A DNA stretch of 64,000 nucleotides from the NCBI GenBank assembly GCA_030264375.1, contig JASCQW010000001.1:103273616-103337615 (forward strand), read 5' to 3'. A program made the translations under genes and the position numbers. Positions 11,774 to 22,250 of this stretch are shown here, piece after piece. Every line of letters begins with the position of its first letter. Within the stretch, counting starts at the first letter, position 1. The DNA comes from Carcharhinus longimanus. Its lineage: Eukaryota. The notes below the pieces were generated by a model. It did no database searches and was not told the origin of the DNA. It saw nothing but the letters and a program-made list of their open reading frames with translations.

Positions 11774-11990
11774 AGGTGTGGAGATGCTGGCGTTGGACGG
11801 GGTGGGCACAATAAGAAATCTCACAACACCATGTAAAAGTCCAACAGGTTTATTTGGAATGATGAGCTTTCAGAGCACTGCTCTTCATCAGATGAGACTC
11901 ACCTGATGAAGGAGCAGCACTCCGAAAGCTTGTGATTCCAAATAAGCGTATTAGTCTTTAACCTGGTGTTGTGAGCCTTCTTACTGTGCC
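11774..11990. mobile_element. Palindromic Penelope-like repeat with two inverted minimal hammerhead-ribozyme motifs
   Basis: Arms 11805-11896 and 11898-11990 are imperfect reverse complements. Plus arm: CTGATGA-a-GGAG-cagca-CTCC-GAAA-gc-tt (11903-11931). Minus arm: CTGATGA-AGAGC-agt-GCTCT-GAAA-gc-tc (11864-11891). Confidence 0.7.
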
Positions 11991-12689
11991 NNNNNNNNNN
12001 NNNNNNNNNNNNNNNNNNNNNNNNNNNNNNNNNNNNNNNNNNNNNNNNNNNNNNNNNNNNNNNNNNNNNNNNNNNNNNNNNNNNNNNNNNGGGGACTGGT
12101 GGTGTTAAGATGGCAGTGCAGGCTCGTTGGGCCGAAGGGCCTGTTTCCCGGGCTGTTTTTGTTCTTTGTTCTTTGGATAGTGGAGCTCATCCATTTACAG
12201 ATTCACCTGTAGCCACGGGCATCTCAGGGCTGGCAAAATTTCCAATTGCTGGATATTCATTTTTCAGTGACAATGGGACAGCTGTGAGTTAAAATCTCCA
12301 CACCCTGTCAACCCACCCCTCCCCACGTCAGCCCTACCACTAACCTAGGTTTCAACCTCTATCCTAGTGTATCATTCTTCATAAATAATAATAAGCAACA
12401 ACAGGCATGGTTATTGGGGATGTGGGAGAGGAGGTGAGACAATGTTCTATGTCAGATATTGTTCTGACATGAGGCACAGCTGAAACAATCACTAATGTAA
12501 CTAAAGCACCAGACACTGGAGTTCCTTATCAACATTCAGTCTAAGTTTCTTTGTAAACCTTTGTTTCACCATTTTGTGAAGTGAAAATGGACAAACATGC
12601 TTCTATGGTAGCCATTTCAAAATTGAAACATGAAGAGCAAAGACCCGCTAACTTTGACTTTCCATCTGATTTTTTAATACTGAGAATAA

Positions 12690-12878
12690 GGCAGCACAGT
12701 GGTTAGCACTGCTGCCTCACAGCTCCAAGAACCTGAGTTTAATTCCAGACTTGGGTCACTGTCTGTGTGGAGTTTGCACATTCTCTCCACGTCTGTGTGG
12801 GTTTCCTCCGGATGCTCTGATTCCCTCCCACAATCCAAAGATGTGCGGGTTAGATTGATTGGACATGCTAAATTAACC
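12690..12878 (+). mobile_element. HE1 / V-SINE (tRNA-derived)
   Basis: ggcagcacagtggttagcactgctgcctcacagctcc...ctgtgtggagtttgcacattctc...gggtttcctccgg...ccaaagatgtgcgggttag: tRNA-like head plus V-domain. Confidence 0.85.
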
Positions 12879-13169
12879 CAGACACCACCATCACCATCTC
12901 TGGATATGTCCTATCTGCAGGGCAGCTCACATTGCACCCACCACCCCTGCACCCTGCTCCACACCCCCAAATCCCCCACCATCAACCTCATCCCTCCCCC
13001 CCACCTCAGCCCCTCTTAGAGATGGCTCCACAGTGGACCTTGTCATCCTCAACATTGACCCTGCACCCCACGAAATCTCATTGCCTCAGTACAAATGTTA
13101 ATTTAAGAAAACCATCAGCAGATTACCACCTATCTTTCTCCCTCAACTGAAAAAATCACAAGTACCACT

Positions 13170-13700
13170 TGTAAGGACAAAGAATGTACTTTGACTGAAG
13201 GACTTCAATGTCTATTACCAGCAGTGCCTATGTAATGCCACCAACTAGCTGAGTGCTGAAGAACGTAGGTGTCAAATTGGGCTTGTGGCAGGTGGCAAGA
13301 AAAAAACCTGCTTGTCCTCAACAACCTACCTGTCACAGATGCATTTGTCCATGACAGTATAATGAGGAGTGACCACCACACTTGTGGAGTTAAGTCCCAT
13401 CTTCACAATGAGGATACACTTTATAATGTTGTGTGGCAACATGCTAACTGTGATAGATTCAGACCAGATCCAGCAGCTCCCATTTGGGCATCCATCAGAC
13501 TCTGTGGACTGTCAGCAGCAGCAGAATTGTATTAAACCCCAACTTATAAGCTCGTATCCCTTACTTTACCATTATCTTAAGTGACCCTGCTTCAATGAGA
13601 GGAGCATGTAAGGATCAGTATCAGATGGTGCCAACCTGGTGAAGCTATAGTACTGGACTAAATAAATGATAAGCAGCTCATACCCATTGGAAGTACAGCA
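13170..13700 (+). mobile_element. CR1/L2-group LINE endonuclease fragment (probably the same family as 20290-22250)
   Basis: Degenerate APE motifs DFNV...KNLL.L.NNLPVTDAFVHDSI.RSDHHT. Confidence 0.65.
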
Positions 13701-13976
13701 TCACAGATTCATAAAAAACCTACAGCATAGGTGACCATTCAGCATGTCATGCCTGTGGCAGCTTTTTGAACAAGTTATTCAATCAGCCCCACACCTTCCC
13801 CAAACCACCTTTCCAAACAGTTATGTATTTTTGGTGTTTTTCAAGTGTCTGTTATTCAACTGCTTTTAGGCTTACTTTTCTGCTTTCATTCCAGGTTTGA
13901 ACAAATCTGCCCATTAGTTTAAATCTGAGCCCCTTGTTATTCATCTTCCTGCCATTGGAAATAGTTTCTGAAGTTG

Positions 13977-14322
13977 AATCATAGAATCCTCTTAGGGCCT
14001 TAATGCTGACAGAGAATTTGGATGTGGTTGCGGTGACAGAGATGTGGTTAAAAGAAGGGCAGGACTGGCAGCTAAATATTCCAGGGTATAAGTGTTTCAG
14101 GCGTGACAGAGGAGGGTCAAAAAGAGGTGGGGGAGTGGCGTNNNNNNNNNNNNNNNNNNNNNNNNNNNNNNNTGGGAGGAAACTGGAGTACCCGGAGGAA
14201 ACCCACGCAGACATGAGGAGAATGTGCAAACTCCACACAGACAGTGACCCGATCCAGGAATCGAACCCAGGACCCTGGAGCTGTGAAGCAGCAGTGCTAA
14301 CCACTGTGCCACCGTGCTGCCC
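13977..14322 (-). mobile_element. HE1 SINE (minus) containing a plus-strand CR1 endonuclease fragment (13995-14141)
   Basis: HE1 body at 14173-14322 and tail atcatagaatcct at 13978. The intervening ORF LDVVAVTEMWLKEGQDWQLNIPGYKCFRRDRGGSKRGGGVA is a CR1 APE N-terminus. Confidence 0.75.
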
Positions 14323-15011
14323 CTTATTTCTTTATTTTCTCTTCATTTATTCCATCAAATTCCATCTTAATTTTGAACACATTAATTAAATTTCTCTTTC
14401 ACCTTCTTTGCTCCTAGGATAACAAGTACAGTCTCTCCAAATAACTGAATTCTCTGAGTCCTAGATTCCAGTAAATCACCTCTGGACCCTCTCCAGTCCC
14501 TCAACTCCTTCCTCAAATGTACTGCCCAGAATTGGCCAAGTTACTCCAGTAGAGGCCTAACCAGTTGTTTGTATAGGAATAGAATAACTTTTCCTGCTTT
14601 TGTGCTTTATGTCTTGAACCAAGGATTGATTTGCTTTTCTAACAGCCTTATTGATTTGACCTGACACCTTCAAAGATTTGTGAATACACATCTACAGACG
14701 CTCTCTTCCTGCAGCACATTTAAAACTATACTGCTTTATATTGGCTCTCCTCATTCTGTCTTCTATAATGTATCATGATCCCTTCATTCCTGGAGATACT
14801 AAACAATGAATTTGATTCCCTGTGTGATGGGCTTATTGACTCCTGCTGCTCCCATTAGACTATCTGCAAACCATCATCAACTGCTTCACTACCTCATTTA
14901 GATATTAAACATTTAAAATCTACTTCCTTTTCTTACTTCCAAATTGTAATACAGGGGTTTCTCATTACTCCATGTCGAGCCACATCTGCCTAAGTCTGCC
15001 CATTCTTCTAA

Positions 15012-15330
15012 TCTCGCTCTGCCTTCCCGCTGACCTCACTCTGCCCTGCCGCTGACCTCACTCCGCCCTCCCGCGACCTCGCTCTGCCCTGCCGCTGACC
15101 TCACTCCGCCCTCCCGCTGACCTCACTCCGCCCTGCCGCTGACCTCACTCCGCCCTGCCGCGACCTCGCTCTGCCCTGCCGCTGACCTCACTCCGCCCTC
15201 CCGCGACCTCGCTCTGCCCTCCCGCCAACCTTGCTCCGCCCTCCCGCCAACCTCACTCCATCCACCCGCCGACCTCACTCTGCCTTCCCACCAACCTTGC
15301 TCCGCCCTCCCGCAGACCTTGCTCTGTCCT
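15012..15330. repeat. GC-rich minisatellite, 21-22 bp unit, about 14 copies
   Basis: Units ctcactccgccctgccgctgac / ctcgctctgccctcccgcgac, diverging towards the right end. Confidence 0.9.
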
Positions 15331-16100
15331 CCTGTTACCTTTATCACAATTTTTTGGAAATCCATTTGGACTTGCCCTGATAAATTCATATCCCCCAAAT
15401 ACCTTACAATTAATTCCGCTGCTATAGGCTTTAGTGGCTTACCAACATGTAACATTAACTGACCAGTTAAGTTCTTAGTTTCTCTGGGATGTCTTTTTTG
15501 AAGTTAGAGTCCCAGTCCTGTTTACTATCCTTAGACCTATTGGACATTTTCTTGTTGCCAAAAGGCCAGCTCTAGGATGTGATGTTCTTTTCTGTAAATG
15601 GATCACACTGTCTATTAAAGGCTCGATCAACAACCTGGTCATGAATTCACTTCAACAATACTCCCAGACCTGATTTTCAAAGATATTTGTAGATGATGTG
15701 CAACAGATGGCTTTTCATGTTTGGCAGATGGTCGTTTTCAGATAAATCACTTTTTCCTTTTAATCTTCTGCCTTTTCTACCTCTCCTATCCTTATTACAA
15801 CATCAGTTGCCTTTTGGTAATTTGCCCAAGCGATTATTCTTCATGTATGAGGCTGGACAATAAATAATGTTCAGTTATTCAGGGGCTGGTTCAATCCTAC
15901 TCCTTACACACATGTCCAGCTGAAAGAAGGTTATGGTGGACATTAGAAAACAACTTTTATTTTACAACAGGAAGATAAAAGCAGAGGGAAGATAAGGTAA
16001 ATTCTATCTGTTAATTGCCTTTTTACCTTCAAATTTGAAAACAGAGATTGCATATCAGCTTTAAAACAGTACATCTGCAGTCTACTTAACTAACACATAC

Positions 16101-17319
16101 CTTTTTACTCTTGCTTCATACTCAATCTTTTGTTTTGTTACTTCTTGCTTCAGGCTTGTTACAAGACTGTGCAAGGCACTGTGATTACCAGTGGAAGTGT
16201 TGGAGACAAATGTGTCACTGTTATCGCTGCTGTTTGTAGCACGACTACTGCAGCCACCTCCACTACTTCGTTCGTATTTATTCTCGGAATCAGTCCGAAC
16301 GGACCTCTCGTGTGCTTGTCCCTCCAAAATCNNNNNNNNNNNNNNNNNNNNNNNNNNNNNNNNNNNNNNNNNNNNNNNNNNNNNNNNNNNNNNNNNNNNN
16401 NNNNNNNNNNNNNNNNNNNNNNNNNNNNNNNTCTCGTGTGCTTGTCCATCCAAAATCGGGTCTTCGTAACTTGCTGCGTAAATATCCTGGTCTGGGCAGG
16501 TAGTTGTGGAGGAACGACAGGAGTTTGAATGCTCCATCAAGGAGATTTCACAGGAAGAGGTAGACCAGGTGGCACTGTCCACACTCTGCTTGTCATCAGA
16601 GTTTGAAAGAGAAAACTGCTGCTGAACGTTGTCATAGATGGATAGTCTGTTGTGCTGTGTGGATTCGCTGTTTGCTGTGTCCTTGGGCTTATTGTCCCTC
16701 AGTGTGACGTACCCATTGGGCATCCACCCTGCAATTCGATTGTTTAAAGAGGAACTCATCATGTCTGTGCTGGAGATCCCCATTCTCACTCCCCCATTCT
16801 GCATGCTACCAGTGCCCATCTTGGTCCCTGTTCCTTTCAGTGAGGAGTTTCTCCTTGCTTGCAAACTACCATTTGGCAGTGTTTGTACTTTCTCCTGGTT
16901 TTCTGCGGGGCTGCTGAAGGACCCATTAGTGACTATCCCACTGCCTTTAGAATAAGCTGGATTCTTTTTCACCATGATGGGCGGGCTTCTGTTGACATCT
17001 ACTTTGCTGAGGCTGCTCCTGGGGCTCGTATTCAGCTTGTTGCCCCCATTCAGTGTAGTAGGAGAGCCTCCATTCTCACCACTTCCCCTTTTGGGTGACT
17101 CAGAGTTATCCCAGGAGCACTGGCGTACAGGTTCGACAGCTGGCTTCTTGTTCTCTTTATTGAGAGGTGGAGGAGAAAAGGGCACAAAGGGTTTCTTTGG
17201 TATTTCATTGTTGTTATTGCACCCGTCCTGTCTGCTCTGAATCTCTTCTCCTTCTTTGGGAAATAAGCTGCTGTGTTCACTTATAAATACAGACATTAAC
17301 TGCTGAACCAAGACTGTAC
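16101..17319 (-). CDS. ARHGAP24: ARHGAP24 large penultimate exon (Ser/Thr-rich spacer, start of coiled coil); contains a false 100-N gap
   Basis: (G)TVLVQQLMSVFISEHSSLFP...KGSGIVTNGSFSS...QHNRLSIYDNV...DDKQSVDSATWSTSSCEISL...SCRSSTTTCPDQD...HSALHSLVTSLKQEVTKQKIEYEARVK. Acceptor tttgcag| at 17320-17321; donor AAAAG|gtatgt at 16099-16100. Confidence 0.96.
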
Positions 17320-20040
17320 CTGCAAAAGGGGGGTGTGGATGAGGAAATCAATAACAAAAAGTGAATTACAAACTCTGTACCATGTACTGTCTCTAGATTG
17401 AAACAGTGTAAACTTAATAGCATTTATACCAAGCAGGCAAACAATTACAGGTCAATAATATTGACAAATAAAACTATAGTTTCAAAGCAAGAAACAGCCC
17501 ATATTAATTTACACATCTTCTATTTACTCAGGTAAACCATAAAAATATCTCCTGTTTTAAACTCTGCTCCTTTTGAAGCAAGTGCTCAGCTGATTCCATA
17601 GATTAAGCTCATGAACATAATGGTACCTCATCTTCACAGCCCTCGCATCCAATCAGAAATGTTGTGATCCGCTGTGACCTCTGCTGCTGTGCGTTCTGGC
17701 CAATTTCAGAAAGCTGCCTGGGGCCCCTTTGGAAAAGTCTCTGCCCATCTCCACTTCACCACCTCCCATTATAATGGAACCAAGAAAGAGTCTTAACATT
17801 GGAACAGTGCCTGTTGCTTTGATTGTGGCCTCCAGAAAACGGCAAAAGAAAAATAAATTTCCCAAAAGGGAAAAATGGTCTATCATTTTAGGGTCACGTG
17901 ATTCAATGTGGCTTCTGTTGTTATGGATTGTCTTTGTTTTAGTCAAGGTGCTGAACTCTAGTTAACTGACTCAAAATCTTAATGCAATAAAGCAGTCAAC
18001 ACGGTTTTATGAACAGAAATTACACGTGGAATCTTATGAAGCTCCTGAGAGTAGGAAACAAGATGGGTGAGGGCACTTCATTATGTCAAAGGTCAGCTTT
18101 CCAATGGCGACATGAAACTATGGAATTAAGTTGGGAGTGTATTGAAAGCAGATGAACTTCTAGATGACCAGCACTGGGAACTACTTCTTAATGCATTTAC
18201 ATGTCGTGTTTGCTTATTTAAAGACAACCTCAACAGAATTATGTGTTCCTTTCCAATTAAGCAATCAGTAGATGAGAAACACATGTCTTTAGATTCACAA
18301 TTGCTCAGACCCTGGTGTGAAGCAGGTGAGGTAGGTTTGACATGAATAGGAGCTGCCTGTATGGGCAGCCTTGTTCAATGACTGGAGAGGATGTACTACT
18401 GATTGAGAATGGGTGGAGACAGTCAAGGGGGCACAGGGCAGGTCTGACTAGGGGAGGGTGAAGGCAGTCAAGGGGGGAGGGTGGTAGCAATTCTATAAAA
18501 TCGCATGGGGTCAAGGAGGAAAAAGCTGAACTATATAGAAATTTGGCAGGGCAAACATGATTGTGGGTCAATCAAGGATTATTCAATGAAGTTCAATAGT
18601 GATGTCCTGAGATTTGAGGGTAATAGAGGGAGAGCCAAGGATGATGCATGGAAATTTAAGGGTAATGTTGCCCATGTGGCCAACTGTCCCTCCTAAAAGT
18701 TAAAGTGCCACACACTTCCAGTTTCACTGCCAAGAACCACGTCGCTACAAGAAGGTTCCACCTCATGTTTCACAAATGTATGAATGATCTTTGAGAATAC
18801 AACAATGAGGATGGATAAGAGGGAACCAGTAAACGCAGTGTATTTGGATTTCCAAAAGACGTTTGATAAGATGCCACAGAAAAGAAAACACAAGATGAGC
18901 TCATGGTATTGGGCATAATACATTTGCATGGACATTGAATTGGCTACAGGAAACAGAGAGCTGATATAAATGGGTCATTTTCAAGTTGGCAAACTGTAAC
19001 TATTGGGGTTCTATAATGATCACTGACAGAGCCTCAATTATTGATTATCTACAGTAATGACATGGAAGGAGGCATCAAGTGTATTATAACCAAATTTGCT
19101 GATGATACAAAAATGGGTGGAATAGCCAGTTATCAGAAGGATATAAAGGGTGATACTTGATGGAGGTGATGGAGTTTCTGCCCACTATGGAGAATCTGCA
19201 AGAATATTATGCCCTTTCAAGAAGGTGGGAAGAAATCAATGACCAGAATCTAATAGTGGCAAAAACAACTCTCCCTCCTTACCCCAAGGTGTGGCAGCTG
19301 TGCATTGCTCAGCAGTGCTGTGGGAGCAGTGGCAGCTGTCAGTCATGCACACACTCGATACCCAGGATCACTGAGGGACCCTGGCCATGGCTGAATGATG
19401 GCAAGATGGGGGTCACGGATTGAAAGTCACTGCAGAATGGGTGGGTTATTGAATAGCAAGGGCAGATTGTGGTTCTCAGTTGGCTCCTCCTTCCTGATGC
19501 CAGGTCCCTGAACCAGCTATCTTGAATGAGCAATCCGCTCCGGAAGCCTACAAGCAACCCTGATAGGGTTTGCTTTTCAGGCTTCCTACATGGTGAGTCC
19601 TCCATCTGCTACTGAAGGAATACCAGCAGTAGTGGGATGAAGCCCTTAAGTGGCCACCACTTAATGTTCTCCATTGGTGACAAGTGGAAAGGCTGTCCAT
19701 GGCCCAATTAACTACCCCTTCACTCCCAAAATCGGGAGGGCATTAAATTTTGCCCAACGTGTCTACAAAAGGGTACAGATAGGTTAAGTGAAGGGAAAAC
19801 ATTTGGCGGGGGGTATAATGTGAGGTTATGCACTTCAGTAGCAAAGATAGAAAAACAGATATGATTTAATAAAGACTGCAGGACAGGGGAGTTTGGATGT
19901 CCTTGTACATGAGTCACAAAATATTAGGATGTAGGCACAAGTAATTAGGAAGGCAAATAGAAAGTTGGCCTTTATTGCAAGGAGATGGTATGTAAGAATA
20001 GGATGTCTTTTGCTGAGAGCACATTTAGGGTACTACATAC

Positions 20041-20152
20041 AGGGTGGGATTTTATGGTCTCGCTCGGGTGAGACCGGAAATTCCCACCTGAGGTCATTGT
20101 CGGATCCTAGCCAACGCCAATTGCGTAGTGGGTGAGGTGATAGAGTTCCGGC
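20041..20152. mobile_element. MITE (Harbinger-like) with an internal hairpin
   Basis: gggtgggatttt...gagaccggaaattcccacc (hairpin)...agagttccggcc. It interrupts the CR1; similar architecture at 52591-52712 and 54435-54547. Confidence 0.55.
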
Positions 20153-20289
20153 CACAGGATTTGATCCGCTTACTTACAAAGGGATAGACTTGCAGTAGGG
20201 ATAGTTTAGAAAAGGTTCACTAGGTTGATCCCTGAGATGAAGGGACTATCTTATTAGAAAAGATTGATGAGGTGTTATTTTTAACACTT

Positions 20290-22250
20290 AGCCTTTCATG
20301 GGATATTGGCATGACTGGCATTTATTGCCCATCCGTAATTGCCTTCAAGAAGGTAATGGTGTGCTACCTTCTTAAACTGCAACAGTCCATTTGGTGGAGA
20401 TACACCCACAGTGCTGTAAGGGAGGGAGTTCATAGAATAGAATCACTACAGTACAGAAAGAGGCCATTTGGCCCATCGCGTCTGCACCGACCACAATCCC
20501 ACCCAGACCTTACCCCCGTATCCTACATATTTACCAACTAATCCATCTAACCTCAGGACACTAAGGGGCAATTTAGCATGACCAATTAACCTAACCTGCA
20601 CATCTTTGTGGGAGGAAACCAGAGCACCCAGAGGAAATCCACGCAGACACGAGGAGAATGTGCAAACTCCACACAGACAGTTACCCAAGCCGGGAATTGA
20701 ACCCAGGTCCCTAGAGCTGTGAAGCAGCAGTGCTAACCATTTCACTCAAAGTTCCAGGACTTTGAACCAGCGACAGTGAAGAAAGAGCAATATAGTTCCA
20801 AGAAGGTGCATAACTTGGAGGAGAACTTGTAGGTGGTGGTGTTCCCAGATATCTGCTGCCCTTCTCCTTCCAGGTGGTAAAGTCTGCAAGTTTTTGGAAG
20901 ATGCTGTTGAAGGACTCTTGGTGAATTGCTGCAATGCATTTTCTAGATTGCATACACTGCAGGCACTGCGTGCATTGATGAAGGTAGTGAATGTTTGAAG
21001 TGGTGGATGGGGTGCCAATCAAGTTGCATGTTTTGTCTTGGATGGTATTGAGATTGTTGTTGGAGCTGCACTCATCCAGGCAAGTGCAGTATATCCCATC
21101 ATACTCTTAACTAGTGCCTTGTCGATGATGGGCAGACTTTGGGGAGTCAGGCATTGAGTTATTCACCTCTGACCTGCTCTTGTGGCTACAGTAATTATAT
21201 GGTCAGTTTCTGGTCAATGGTAACCCAGAGAATGTTGATAGTGGGGGATTCAGCAATGTTAATGTCATTGAACGTTAATAATGAGATGGTCATTGCCTGG
21301 CACTTGTGAAATGCAAATATTTCCTGCCACTCATCAGCCCAAGTTTGAATGTTGTCCAAGGCTTGTTCTGCATAAACATAGGCTGCATCAATGTCTGGAG
21401 AATCCTGAATGATACTGAACATATATAATCATCAGCAAACATCCCCACTTCTGACCTTATGATGGAGGGACGGACATTATTGGAGGAACAACAAAAGATT
21501 GGGCTTAGAAAACTACTATGAGCAATTGCTGCAGCAATGCCATAGGACTGAGATGATTGATGCACAACAACCAAAACCATCATTCTTTGTGATGGGAATG
21601 ACTCCAACTAATGGGAGGAATTCCTATTGACTTCAGTTTTGCTGGGGCTCCTTGATACCAAACTTGGTTAAATGCCACCTTGTTATCAAGGTCAGTTACT
21701 CTCACCTCATTTTTGGAGTTCAGCTCTTGTGTTCATGTTTGGACCAAGGCTGTAACAAGGTCAGGAGCTGAGTAGTCCTGGTGGAAGTCAAACTGAGTGT
21801 CAGTGAGCAGATTATTGTTGTGAATCTATTGCTTGATAGCGCTGTCAACAACATTTCCCATCACTTCGCTGATGATCAAGAGTAGACTGATAGGGCAGTA
21901 ATTGGCCCGGTTGGATTTCTCCTGTTTCCTGTAGGCAGGACATACCTGAGTAATTTTCTATATTGCCGGATGGATGCCAAAATTTTAGCTGCACAGTAAC
22001 AGCTTGGCTAGGAACACAACTAGTTTTACAGCAGAAGTTTTCAGTAGCTATTTCTTGTTATCATGTAGAGTGAATCAAATTGGCTGAAAACTGACATCTG
22101 TGCAGCTGGGGACCTCTGGGGGAGGCGGAGATGGATTGCCCGCTCAGCACGTTAGGTTGAAGATGGCTTCAAATGTTTCAGCCTTTTGTGTTTTGCACTG
22201 ATGTCCTGCATCATTGAAGATGGGTATATTTATTGAGCACCTCCTCCAGT
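20290..22250 (-). mobile_element. CR1/L2-group LINE 3' part (RT to tail)
   Basis: Minus strand ..SIIRSEVGMFADD..FSII....QALDNIQTWADEWQEIF..KCQAMTIS..ILWVTIDQKL; tail gggcaataaatgccagtc. Interrupted by an HE1 copy. Confidence 0.75.
20432..20745 (-). mobile_element. HE1 / V-SINE with a 5-bp TSD
   Basis: Near-complete copy with a CR1-like tail; flanking direct repeat agttc at 20427-20431 and 20750-20754. Confidence 0.85.

Larger units (their letters stand above)
13720..15480 (-). mobile_element. Old CR1 LINE interrupted by a SINE chimera (13977-14322) and a minisatellite
   Basis: CR1 3' tail at about 13720; RT-like minus-strand peptide (..QMDFQK..K) at about 15330-15400; typical reverse CR1 sequence at 14400-14760. 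Confidence 0.6.

Noticed and set aside
12690-12760. tRNA genes at SINE heads (also 35221, 40083, 42813, 55757)
   Set aside because: A/B-box-like motifs continue directly into SINE bodies, and there is no complete cloverleaf.
15012-15330. CRISPR-like array
   Set aside because: Head-to-tail tandem units without unique spacers, no cas genes, and a vertebrate intron context: it is a minisatellite.
16332-16431. Extra intron or tandem peptide repeat within the large exon
   Set aside because: The flanks are a 26-nt duplicate with one mismatch and no splice signals; best explained as an assembly artefact.
16130-17240. Plus-strand ORFs overlapping the large exon
   Set aside because: Antisense shadows of the real coding exon, with no independent evidence.
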